A stretch of 64,000 bases of DNA from the NCBI GenBank assembly GCA_020630615.1, contig JAHDBA010000001.1, forward strand, positions 155,881-219,880. Direction: 5' to 3'. The notes beneath the pieces were generated by a model that did no database searches, had not been told where the DNA came from, and saw only the letters and a program-made list of their open reading frames with translations. Position 1 is the first letter of the stretch. Each line of letters opens with the position of its first letter. The position numbers and the translations under genes were made by a program. Positions 9,479-18,341 of the stretch are shown here, piece after piece. The stretch comes from Myxococcota bacterium (lineage in GTDB: Bacteria > Myxococcota > UBA727 > JAHDBA01).

Positions 9479-10543
9479 ATGTTTGATCGTTTAGAAGATG
9501 TCGTTTTTCGCTTTCAGGACTTAACAGATCGGCTCTCTGCACCAGACCTGAACCCGAATGATATCTACAAGCTGAACAAAGAACGTTCCGATCTCGAACC
9601 GATCGTTGAAGCCTACCAGAGCTACAGAGCAAAAGTTCAAGAGCTTGCGGACAACAAAGAACTTCTTTCTGAAGACGATGTTGAACTCAAAGCAATGGCC
9701 AAAGAAGAAATCTCACGGCTTGAACCCGAGATCGACCAACTTGAACATGACCTCAAAATCATGATGCTTCCCAAAGACCCGAACGATGAAAAGAATATTA
9801 TGCTCGAGGTGCGAGCGGGCACGGGCGGTGATGAGGCATCACTTTTTGCCGGTGAGCTCTTCAAGATGTACAACCATTACGCTCAAAGCAAAGGTTGGAA
9901 GGTCTCATTGATATCATCCTCCTCAGGAACAATGGGGGGCTTCAAAGAAGTGATCGCCCAGATTTCTGGGCCAAGGGTTTTTTCGCACCTAAAGTACGAA
10001 GCGGGGACACACCGGGTTCAACGCGTTCCCCAAACAGAAAGTCAGGGGCGTGTCCATACTTCTGCATGTACTGTTGCAATCCTTCCAGAGGTTGATGAAG
10101 TCGATATCAAGATTGATAAAAAAGACCTTCGTATCGACACGATGCGTGCCGGTGGTGCCGGTGGCCAGCACGTCAACAAAACCGAATCTGCGGTCCGTAT
10201 TACCCATCTACCGACGGGTATTATGGTGCGTTGCGAAGAGGAGAAGAGTCAGCAGATGAACCGCGAGAAAGCGATGACCCTTCTACGTTCCCGCGTGTAC
10301 GATAAGAAGCTTGCTGAACAACAATCCGAACTGGCTGCAGAACGAAAAAACATGGTTGGCTCAGGTGACCGTTCAGAGAAAATTCGTACGTACAACTTCC
10401 CACAAGACCGGTGCACCGACCATCGTGCGGGTGTGTCAATTCATGGTTTGCCGAAGCTTTTTTCAGGGAACCTGGACGATATCCTTGACCCCGTTCGAGC
10501 AAAACTACAAGCGGAAGCTCTCAAAGCTCAAGAAGCAATTTAG
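9479..10543 (+). CDS. prfA: Peptide chain release factor 1
   Basis: RVPQTESQGRVHTSACTVAILPE (PxT-type codon-recognition region), GGQ motif (RAGGAGGQHVNKTESAVRITHLPTG) and class-I release-factor C-terminus; start taken at MFDRLEDV rather than the TTG at 9443. Confidence 0.9.
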   Translation: MFDRLEDVVFRFQDLTDRLSAPDLNPNDIYKLNKERSDLEPIVEAYQSYRAKVQELADNKELLSEDDVELKAMAKEEISRLEPEIDQLEHDLKIMMLPKDPNDEKNIMLEVRAGTGGDEASLFAGELFKMYNHYAQSKGWKVSLISSSSGTMGGFKEVIAQISGPRVFSHLKYEAGTHRVQRVPQTESQGRVHTSACTVAILPEVDEVDIKIDKKDLRIDTMRAGGAGGQHVNKTESAVRITHLPTGIMVRCEEEKSQQMNREKAMTLLRSRVYDKKLAEQQSELAAERKNMVGSGDRSEKIRTYNFPQDRCTDHRAGVSIHGLPKLFSGNLDDILDPVRAKLQAEALKAQEAI

Positions 10544-10583
10544 CGTGCGAGCTTCCATGTGAAGAGAAGCTGCGAAGTACAAC

Positions 10584-11582
10584 TTAGTGTTGATTTGAGA
10601 GGGCCATAAAGGAGGGGCCTTCATCGCTATAGCGTGTGGTGAGACCATAGTTCCTCGGATCGTTAACAATTATGATGGAGTTTTTCTCTCCCTTGCTTTC
10701 AATTTTAAACTTCGCCTTCGCCTTTTGCTTGCGATCTAAAAATTTAAACACGAACTCTTCGCTCCCATCCCTTTTGGTGTGGGTTGTGTATTCAAAGGTT
10801 TCAGTGGTCCAGTCGCTGAAGTCGCCTTCATGGTACCATCCTCGGTTGACGTCGCTCGGGTTGTTTCTTGCAAACTGATACATTCGAAAGCGCTGTCGAT
10901 TCTTGTCTTGAAAATCAAACCATACACGAGCGAGCTTCGAGCTGCTCTGTAGCATCGGATGGGCCTCAAGCATGCTTTCACGGAAAGGAATATTTCGAGC
11001 TAGATCCAAAGTACGAACAACGTCGTTCAAATCATTGGATGCTTCCATAGGCCGAAGCTTGAAGGTTGACTTCTCACCAAGATTGAAAGGGTCGTTTTGG
11101 AGCACAAACTTCGCATGACGTATTCGACCGCTCTTGGTAACCTTCACTTCACTTCTATACTTATGCTTTGTATTGTTCATCACGAACTTCACTTCGTTGT
11201 TCTTGAGACTCCATGTGAAAGATCGAGTGGCATTCAAGGTCTTTGTCCCATATCGATAAAGGCCAATGTATTGACCTTTGGAATTGGGCTCGGGATGAAA
11301 GTAGTAGTATCGCTCTGATTTCGAGCTTGGTTTCTCGGAACGCGAGAGGTCCCAAAGACCAAAGAGTTGTCCCTCTTTCGCGTTGGGTACCATATCTGCA
11401 GATACAAAAGCATCGCCTCGAGCGATGTTTGAGCTTCGGGGATCCAATCCATCCTGCATACTCGAGCCGTCTTGAGCTTCATCACACGTTTTCGATGATG
11501 GCGAAGCCCAGTAGTAGCTCCCGGCAAATGCAAAAAGAATAATCGAGTTCGCGAAGGGTAGAAGTAAAGTTTTGAGCTGCAT
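10584..11582 (-). CDS. Hypothetical secreted protein
   Basis: GAGGA RBS before ATG at 11582; signal-peptide-like MQLKTLLLPFANSIILFAFAG; no recognisable domain. Confidence 0.5.
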   Translation of the reverse strand: MQLKTLLLPFANSIILFAFAGSYYWASPSSKTCDEAQDGSSMQDGLDPRSSNIARGDAFVSADMVPNAKEGQLFGLWDLSRSEKPSSKSERYYYFHPEPNSKGQYIGLYRYGTKTLNATRSFTWSLKNNEVKFVMNNTKHKYRSEVKVTKSGRIRHAKFVLQNDPFNLGEKSTFKLRPMEASNDLNDVVRTLDLARNIPFRESMLEAHPMLQSSSKLARVWFDFQDKNRQRFRMYQFARNNPSDVNRGWYHEGDFSDWTTETFEYTTHTKRDGSEEFVFKFLDRKQKAKAKFKIESKGEKNSIIIVNDPRNYGLTTRYSDEGPSFMALSNQH

Positions 11583-11806
11583 GATCGTCCTCGGAATATC
11601 CCCTAAATTCCGATCTTTCAGCCATTCTGTCAATTTTGTCGTTGGTTTAGAGCGTGAACACTTTTCAGGATTAGAAGATCGCTCTTTATCGCTTTTCATG
11701 AACGAAAATGGGACAGCGTCTCCCAAAAGAAAATTATTAGTAACACTCTTCACCACACCCTCGTTGTCTCTGTATCCACATCAAACGTGAACTAAGGAGT
11801 CCAACG

Positions 11807-12115
11807 ATGTTGAAAGAAAACAAGAAAGAAAGCCCAATCTCAAGAACAGGAATAATGACTTTTGGCGCAGTCGCCGCACTGATGATTTCAGCATGTGGCA
11901 GCGATTCCAACGCTGATGTCGATGCCAATGAAAGCGGAAACACAGAGTCGGAGCTTGTGCACTGCTACGGCATTAATGAATGTGCCGGTACAGCCGAATG
12001 CGCCGGTGCAAACAACGATTGTCAAGGCTTGAACGAGTGCGCAGGCCAAGGATTTATCTCCGTCACCCAAGCAGAATGTGATGAAGAAGGCGGCTCAACA
12101 GAAGCACCCGCATAG
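11807..12115 (+). CDS. Bufferin-like RiPP precursor (DUF2282 / multi-Cys bufferin-type) with lipoprotein-type signal peptide
   Basis: AAGGAG RBS 7 nt before the ATG; lipobox-like …LMISAC; core has CYGINECAG, AECAG, NDCQG, NECAGQG, AEC, matching the CYG…NDC…CAGQ pattern remembered for DUF2282/bufferin precursors; sits immediately upstream of a DUF692 gene. Confidence 0.6.
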   Translation: MLKENKKESPISRTGIMTFGAVAALMISACGSDSNADVDANESGNTESELVHCYGINECAGTAECAGANNDCQGLNECAGQGFISVTQAECDEEGGSTEAPA

Positions 12116-12147
12116 TTCTTACCCGCATTGATACGAAAGAGACGACC

Positions 12148-13062
12148 ATGAATTTTGAAATTGGTTTTGGCCTAAGAAGACCGCACTATGCAGAAATACT
12201 ACGAGAAGGCGTACGCGTTCCGGTGGTTGAGTGCATTAGTGAGAACCTTTTTCAGATGCGTGGTCGTCCTTTTCGTGTTGTGGAGAGAGCCCGTCAAAAT
12301 GCAGAACTTTTACTTCATGGGGTTTCGCTTTCGATTGGCGATATGGACGAAATCCCTACAGACACGTTAAAAGAGCTTCGAGAGCTTGATTCGATCCTTG
12401 AGGCAAAAGTGATTAGCGATCACTTGTGTTTTGGCCGCGCGCATGGTCGACGTGGATTTGACCTTTGGCCGCTCCCGATGAACGAAGCGATGATTTCTCA
12501 TTTGGTGGCTCGCATTGGTCGAGTGCAAGATGTCCTCGGTCGTCGCATTGCTCTAGAAAACATTTCTGCATACTGCCGCTTTGAAGCAGATGAAATGTCT
12601 GAAGTTGAATTCATCAATCAGATCTGTCTGCGTGCAGATTGCCTTCTTTTACTCGATCTCAATAATTTGCTCGTGAATGAGCGAAACTTTAACCAACCTG
12701 CAACCGAGTTTTTACAAGAGCTTGACTTAAGTCGCATTGCGCAAGTTCATGTCGGGGGTCATAGTGACCTGGGCACCCATGCATTTGATGATCATGCATC
12801 GCCACCGAGTGATGCGTGTATCCAACTCTTCGTGCACCTCACACAACTTCTGCAAGCCACAGAACTCAATCTCAAAAACACAGATGTATTCACAATCCTA
12901 GAGTGGGACGGAAATATTCCAAAGATTGAACGATTCTATCAAGAGACCCAGCGTCTCAAAAAAAGTATAGCGGGCATGCGTGCTACAAAGAGCATGAACA
13001 CAAAAATCGATGACTCTCTTTTCAATCTTGAGAAAGCCGAGCGAGAGGGTGTTCGCATATGA
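12148..13062 (+). CDS. MNIO enzyme (DUF692/UPF0276, MbnB/BufB-like)
   Basis: N-terminal EIGFGLRRPHY… start characteristic of DUF692; TIM-barrel-like length (~300 aa); 3' end overlaps the next gene (ATGA). Confidence 0.8.
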   Translation: MNFEIGFGLRRPHYAEILREGVRVPVVECISENLFQMRGRPFRVVERARQNAELLLHGVSLSIGDMDEIPTDTLKELRELDSILEAKVISDHLCFGRAHGRRGFDLWPLPMNEAMISHLVARIGRVQDVLGRRIALENISAYCRFEADEMSEVEFINQICLRADCLLLLDLNNLLVNERNFNQPATEFLQELDLSRIAQVHVGGHSDLGTHAFDDHASPPSDACIQLFVHLTQLLQATELNLKNTDVFTILEWDGNIPKIERFYQETQRLKKSIAGMRATKSMNTKIDDSLFNLEKAEREGVRI

Positions 13063-13949
13063 TCAAAAGCTTTGAAAACAAGCGAGCATTCGACAGTTCA
13101 CAATACATACACTCGGAAGTGAATCCGGATGCACTGGCTCACCTTCAGTCTGAGTTGGGTGCCTTTGCAGAATCAGCGCTCGGTATTGGCGTATTGCAAA
13201 CGCGCGGTCTGAGAGCTGCAGGTACATTGAGTGTTCAAGAGGCTGCATCTGTGTATGAAACAAGTTCGCGCCTAATTCGAGACCGTACAATTCAGACACT
13301 TTTTCCCGTGACGATGGCTTATCTTCATGATGTGAATGCCGACCACTCTGGCATCTTGAAAGAATACCGAGAGTGGCAACACGATAGGGGCGGCGCCCTA
13401 GAAACCTATGGTGAGGGTTTTCCTCGAGCATTGCAAACTTACAATGCCATTGCGGCTAAAATAGCGTTCTATGAATGGGAACGCTTTGCATCGCATCGAA
13501 TTGCGATTCCAAGGCCAGAAGGCAATCAAGCACTTGTGCTACCTGTCGAAAGATTCGCAAGCGAGGGTATGAAGCTTGGTTTGGACGCACCGAATGTACG
13601 TGTTTTCGAGACACAAGAAGCGTTAGCAGAAATGATGAAGTCCAGCACTCAAGCTGGGTCTCCTGCGCTTGATGAATCCGAAGAAATCTGCGGCATTTTG
13701 ATGAACCCCAGTGTTGCCGGTGTTCGGGAGCATATCGTATCACGCGTTCTTGTCGCTCTCGTTCGAGAACTGCAACGCTCGCGTGCGAATCATGATGTTA
13801 CGCCAGGAGGCCTTGTCGTAAAACTTCAACGCGATGGCTTTTCAGGTGTAGAAGTTGCCAGTGCACTTCGTGACGCCATTCACCATAAGCTTCTCATCAG
13901 TGAGGGGCGAACGATTGCATTTTCAAACTCAAAGAAAACCAAAGGATGA
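13059..13949 (+). CDS. Putative MNIO partner protein (DUF2063/BufC/MbnC-like)
   Basis: Translationally coupled to the DUF692 gene, as in bufferin/methanobactin operons; size fits; motif assignment (…FENKRAF…NPDA) is weak. Confidence 0.5.
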   Translation: MIKSFENKRAFDSSQYIHSEVNPDALAHLQSELGAFAESALGIGVLQTRGLRAAGTLSVQEAASVYETSSRLIRDRTIQTLFPVTMAYLHDVNADHSGILKEYREWQHDRGGALETYGEGFPRALQTYNAIAAKIAFYEWERFASHRIAIPRPEGNQALVLPVERFASEGMKLGLDAPNVRVFETQEALAEMMKSSTQAGSPALDESEEICGILMNPSVAGVREHIVSRVLVALVRELQRSRANHDVTPGGLVVKLQRDGFSGVEVASALRDAIHHKLLISEGRTIAFSNSKKTKG

Positions 13950-13955
13950 ATCCCG

Positions 13956-14477
13956 ATGATTGTAAATGACCGACAAGCACAGCCCGAAAATTTCAAGTTT
14001 TTAGTATTCTCGCTTCTCCTGCTTGTGAGTACGGGTGTTGCAACGGGCTGTGGTGCGGACTCGAGCGGTGATGATAGCAGCAATACCGAAGAACGTGATG
14101 TGACAATTCCAGGGCCGTTGATGAGGCCTGGGCAAAACTGTTTAGCATGTCATGCGGAAGGGTTTGGGGAAGATGCTCCACCTTTTTCTTTTGCCGGTAC
14201 GATCTTTCCCACAGGGGATTCCGGTCCACTTGAAGGCGTGGAAGGTGTCTTGATTCATGTCAAAGACTCGATGGGGGTTGAGGTTGACCTCACCACGAAT
14301 GAAGCGGGTAACTTCTATACGATGGCCTCGCTGACGCCACCCTTTGTTGACGTGACCATCACCTACAATGAAGAGTCAATTTCGATGCCGATTGAAGCGC
14401 CTGCAGGCTCTTGCAACGCGTGTCACAATGCGTCGAATCCAGTTGGAAACGCGGCCGGGGCAATTCGGCTGCCCTAA
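13956..14477 (+). CDS. Lipoprotein with two CxxCH haem-c binding motifs (putative dihaem cytochrome c)
   Basis: Signal peptide + lipobox VATGC; CLACH and CNACH motifs; 7 nt after the preceding gene (operon-like). Confidence 0.55.
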   Translation: MIVNDRQAQPENFKFLVFSLLLLVSTGVATGCGADSSGDDSSNTEERDVTIPGPLMRPGQNCLACHAEGFGEDAPPFSFAGTIFPTGDSGPLEGVEGVLIHVKDSMGVEVDLTTNEAGNFYTMASLTPPFVDVTITYNEESISMPIEAPAGSCNACHNASNPVGNAAGAIRLP

Positions 14478-14548
14478 TTCAAACAAAAAAAAAGCTTGGC
14501 AGGGGCCATTTCTCCTTCCAAGCTTCGATAATCTCGCAAGCTGATTTG

Positions 14549-14923
14549 CTACTCTTCCGTCGTATAGAAGAACTCTTCTTTCGTAATTTGATTGTTTTCA
14601 ACGGTGTAAAGGCCGACCTCTGAGAATGCTTGTTTCTCCAGAGTTTCTCTGTTGGTCGTTTCAAAGTCGTAATAGACTGCAAACTGGTTTCCGTTTGGGA
14701 AAGGGCCGCGGGCTTCAGCCTTATTTACCTCAAAGGTTTTGTACCACCATTCTGATTTCCCTCTGACTTGGGCCTTTCCTTGAATCGTTCTTGGCATTTC
14801 AGGGGTATCGGCTCTTGCTTCCGTGCTCGTGATGTTTTCCGCATAGAGTTTATCGATTGCTTCAAGATTTTGACCTTTCTGCACATACTCCACGAGTTCT
14901 TTACCTATTTTCCACGCTGTCAT
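14549..14923 (-). CDS. NTF2-like/SnoaL-like domain protein
   Basis: ~124-aa alpha+beta protein with an NTF2-like pattern; convergent with the cytochrome gene; weak 8-bp-stem hairpin (aagcttgg…ccaagctt) in the 71-bp gap. Confidence 0.45.
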   Translation of the reverse strand: MTAWKIGKELVEYVQKGQNLEAIDKLYAENITSTEARADTPEMPRTIQGKAQVRGKSEWWYKTFEVNKAEARGPFPNGNQFAVYYDFETTNRETLEKQAFSEVGLYTVENNQITKEEFFYTTEE

Positions 14924-15099
14924 GTTGACCTCCGATGCTCAACATAGAGAATTCTTGGATAAAACTACAACTCGAATAATGCTATAAAATATGGACTCAC
15001 AACCATTTGTTTGGGGAACACCATAAATATTTAGAAAACATGGACCATCCTGCTTGGCGAGTCTTTGAAGATCGGCTATATCAAGGTCTGGAGCGACTC

Positions 15100-15603
15100 A
15101 TGTTAACTGCTGTAATCATATTTCATGTTATTGTTTGCGTCTTTTTGGCCTTGGTTGTGCTCTTACAGCCGGGTGCGAAAGGTGGCCTTGGGGGCGCTTT
15201 TGGTGGAGCTGGCGGAGCAACATTTTTTGGCGGCCGTGGAGCAAATGACTTCCTTTCAAAACTCACAGCGGGCGCGGCACTTTGCTTTATGTTGACGAGT
15301 ACGACATTGGTCTATTTTTCGACGCAACGTGATTCCGTTTTTGATCAAGACCCGAGCGCTTTGGTTTCTGATGAGGGTACTGACAAAAGTGATGGTACAG
15401 ACGAGAATGACAGTGCTGCAAGCGAAGATGGAGAAAAGGTTGATTCTCTTCCGGCTACAGAAGTTGATACGGCAGAGACCGATGATAAAGTTGGCGAAAA
15501 CGAGCCTGTTAAAGTTGATAATGTTGCAGCAAAAGATGCAGCCGCGATGGTAGAAAAGATAGAGGATAGTGCAAAAAATGTTGTAGAGAAGGTGAATGAA
15601 TAG
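15100..15603 (+). CDS. secG: Preprotein translocase subunit SecG with long acidic C-terminal extension
   Basis: LLQPGAKGGLGGAFGGAGGATFFGGRGANDFLSKLT SecG signature; GGAG RBS 6 nt before ATG 15100. Confidence 0.8.
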   Translation: MLTAVIIFHVIVCVFLALVVLLQPGAKGGLGGAFGGAGGATFFGGRGANDFLSKLTAGAALCFMLTSTTLVYFSTQRDSVFDQDPSALVSDEGTDKSDGTDENDSAASEDGEKVDSLPATEVDTAETDDKVGENEPVKVDNVAAKDAAAMVEKIEDSAKNVVEKVNE

Positions 15604-15611
15604 TTGATTCC

Positions 15612-15696
15612 GCGGTGGTGGTGGAATTGGTAGACACGCTGTCTTGAGGGGGCAGTGGCGAAAGCCGTGGGGGTTCGAGTCCCCCCCACCGCACCA
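15612..15696 (+). tRNA. tRNA-Leu (anticodon GAG), class II with long variable arm, CCA encoded
   Basis: Acceptor GCGGTGG/CCACCGC, D-arm GGAATTGGTAGAC, anticodon stem CTGTC/GGCAG with loop TTGAGGG, T-arm GGGGGTTCGAGTCCCCC; conserved secG-tRNA-Leu arrangement. Confidence 0.9.
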
Positions 15697-15756
15697 ACTA
15701 TTCATGCTTCGGTTACGAATCAAAGATATGTAAGTTTGACTTGTGATTGAAGTTGG

Positions 15757-15778
15757 GGTTCCGTTGGGAACCTTTTTT
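15757..15778 (+). terminator. Rho-independent terminator after secG-tRNA-Leu
   Basis: GGTTCC-GTTG-GGAACC hairpin followed by TTTTTT. Confidence 0.75.
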
Positions 15779-15892
15779 ATTTCTATCGATCAAATTGTTG
15801 TATCGCGGATAGAGTCAAGAATAAGAGTGAGGTTTGATATTCAAGAACGACGCCGACGAATTGCGCAAGCCTTCCTAGAGATTGCGCAATCC

Positions 15893-17248
15893 ATGGAAAT
15901 CACGGATTGGGCAAGACAGGCAATTGTGCCAGTCGTTAGTTGTATGTGTGCTCAAGATTTTTCCTACTCTCGGCGTTTGCAGATTTTTAGAGATCGCTTC
16001 CGAGTGCCCATTGTGTCGCAATCGGGCTCTCTCGGGTCCTCCTTTGTTGGTATTGCAAGATCGCAAAACGACTTAAAAGCGTTCGAACGTATCAAAAAGG
16101 CCTGTCCAAGTGCTAATGCATCATGGGCCACATTCGAAGTCAAAAGTGCACCATCCTTTTTTACAAAAATACGCTCCGCAATTGAATCTGAAGTAGGATA
16201 TCGCTTATCTTCTGAAACGGATTCTAAGACAAGGCAAATTCGTTCTTTCACACATGAGTTGGCTCGCCACGCTATTTGGCTCTCGGGCTCGGAACAAATC
16301 AAAACGCAAAGGCTGGTTTGTCGGATCATGCGATCGACTTTGAGGCGCGGTGAAATACTCAGCCAAGCTTTGGCAAAGTTGAGTGCGCCTAAAGTTGTAT
16401 TCATTCGTAATCCAGTTGAACCCTATGGTTTTGCTAGTGCGCAATGGGCAGGAGCTAATGGTGTTAAATGTATTTGGTTGCAGCATGGTCTTTTGTACGA
16501 GAAGGATGCCTTATGGCCACTTATGGAGGCCGACGAATACTGGGTTTGGGGCAATCATTGGAAAAACGTAGTGGAAGCGTGGGGGAAAGCATCAGCTCGA
16601 GTCTTCGTAACAGGGGCGCTTTATGGTGATAGTATTGGGGGTACAAAGAATACGCACATCAATGGCAATCTCGAGAACGAAGGGCATGATTTGCTTGTCG
16701 CTCTCTCTGGGCCAGGGCATTCGATTTCCCAAAAAACGTACATTGCAATCTTAACGTTTCTAAAGCGAGCCTTTGAGAGGAATCCATCGAGAAAATTTAG
16801 AGTCCGACTGCACCCCAAAGAGCTTGCCTCGAGTTACTCTGAATTTCTATCGCTTCCCAACGTATCGATTGACTTTAGTGGGAAGCGTACTCTTGAGCAG
16901 GACATTGATGCGTCCAAAGCTGTTTTGATTGTGAGTTCCACCCTTGGTCTGGAAGCTTTGAGTCGTCTAAAGCCCCTCATACGTATCGATATTCCAGAGG
17001 CGCGGGGGTTCTTCCCCCTGGAAAACTCGTCCGAAGAATGGATCCAGCATATCACGATGAATGCAACTGAGTTTGACCACGCTTTAACGCATATGAGTAC
17101 GCTCAATCTTGATGTTTCGACGATGCGAGAGTCGATTGAAAGAGCACTTTGTGATTTAAGGGGTATTCCTCAAGCTGAAGTCATTCGAGAGCGCCTGCAA
17201 TCTCCAAATTGCATGAAGACTACTGACATTGCCTACAAAGGGGCTTAA
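15893..17248 (+). CDS. Hypothetical protein, possibly TagB/TagF-like glycerophosphotransferase or capsule biosynthesis protein
   Basis: The ORF-track start (15743) lies upstream of the terminator, so the start was moved to ATG 15893 (GTG 15827 also possible); C-terminal half has a …RVRLHPKE… HP motif reminiscent of CDP-glycerol glycerophosphotransferases; first gene of a glycan cluster. Confidence 0.4.
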   Translation: MEITDWARQAIVPVVSCMCAQDFSYSRRLQIFRDRFRVPIVSQSGSLGSSFVGIARSQNDLKAFERIKKACPSANASWATFEVKSAPSFFTKIRSAIESEVGYRLSSETDSKTRQIRSFTHELARHAIWLSGSEQIKTQRLVCRIMRSTLRRGEILSQALAKLSAPKVVFIRNPVEPYGFASAQWAGANGVKCIWLQHGLLYEKDALWPLMEADEYWVWGNHWKNVVEAWGKASARVFVTGALYGDSIGGTKNTHINGNLENEGHDLLVALSGPGHSISQKTYIAILTFLKRAFERNPSRKFRVRLHPKELASSYSEFLSLPNVSIDFSGKRTLEQDIDASKAVLIVSSTLGLEALSRLKPLIRIDIPEARGFFPLENSSEEWIQHITMNATEFDHALTHMSTLNLDVSTMRESIERALCDLRGIPQAEVIRERLQSPNCMKTTDIAYKGA

Positions 17249-17283
17249 GCTCTCTTTGCGAGATGTGAGAGCGAGGGGATACG

Positions 17284-18285
17284 ATGCCACAAATTAGTTC
17301 AAAGATTGGTACCTGGAATTTTGAGCATGCACATCGATGGCAAGACCGTGGTAAGGAAGTTGAATTCGTAGCGCAAGATCTTGTGCGCCCAGACACAAAA
17401 ATAGCCACAATAGGTTCATGTTTTGCCGAAGAGCTCGCGCAAGGGCTCAGTCGTTTTGGTCTGTCAGGTGGAATGCACCCAGCAGGTCTCTTCTACAATA
17501 CGAGTACGATGCGTCAGGAGATTGAGCGTATTTTTGGTGGTTGGTCGCAACGCGAGGTTGAAGACAATTGGAAGATTAAGGAGGGTTGGATTAGCCCCTT
17601 CAAAAATCTAAAACAAAGTTTTAAGAGCGAAGCTGAGTTGAATGCTTGGGTACAAGAAACCGATCAAAAAGCAGATCAACTCTTCCACGAAGCGGATGTG
17701 ATTGTGATGACAGTCGGGATCACCGAGGTCTGGCAAAATACTCGGACCCACAATATCTTTCGACAGCTACCTCATCCTGACATTTTCGAATCGATTCCCG
17801 CCGCCATGACTCGACTTACGGTCTCTCAGATGTTGGAGGACTTAAATCGTATTCGGGAACTCTTTGTCGCCAATGGCAACCCACAAATTGTCATTACAGT
17901 GTCACCCGTCGCAATGCATTTTACAGTAACCGAGGAGCACATCCAAGTGGCAAACTGTGACGCGAAGTCGCGGATTCGTGCTGCGGTCTCAGAGTTTGTC
18001 GAGTCGAATAGCGATGTGATTTATTTCCCTTCCTATGAGATGGTCACAACGGCAGAACGTTCCTCTGACTTTATGAAATCCGACGGGCGGCACGTTCATC
18101 GTCATGCGGTTGACTATATTATTCATCGCTTCTTGTCCGCATTTGCGCCTCAACTTGATCTCCAAGCAATCGACAAAAGTTGGATTTCGCAACCGGAGAA
18201 AACAGCTGCTCGCCCGGGTGAAGAGGTGATTGGGATCAAGGAAGCCTTAAAGCGACTGGGGCGAGAAATACGGCGCCGTTTTTAG
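17284..18285 (+). CDS. GSCFA-family protein
   Basis: KIATIGSCFAEELAQ motif defining the GSCFA domain. Confidence 0.7.
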   Translation: MPQISSKIGTWNFEHAHRWQDRGKEVEFVAQDLVRPDTKIATIGSCFAEELAQGLSRFGLSGGMHPAGLFYNTSTMRQEIERIFGGWSQREVEDNWKIKEGWISPFKNLKQSFKSEAELNAWVQETDQKADQLFHEADVIVMTVGITEVWQNTRTHNIFRQLPHPDIFESIPAAMTRLTVSQMLEDLNRIRELFVANGNPQIVITVSPVAMHFTVTEEHIQVANCDAKSRIRAAVSEFVESNSDVIYFPSYEMVTTAERSSDFMKSDGRHVHRHAVDYIIHRFLSAFAPQLDLQAIDKSWISQPEKTAARPGEEVIGIKEALKRLGREIRRRF

Positions 18286-18341
18286 ATGAAGGCGTAAAAC
18301 AAATTCGTATCGTACAATCTCAAAGATAGGCTGGAAGAATT

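Noticed and set aside
15256-15723. 155-aa minus-strand ORF overlapping secG 3' end and tRNA-Leu
   Set aside because: It is antisense to a well-supported CDS and a tRNA, and has no motif.
15743-15892. ORF-track start of the 501-aa protein at 15743
   Set aside because: The first 12 codons span the strong rho-independent terminator of secG-tRNA-Leu (15757-15778), so the start was moved downstream.
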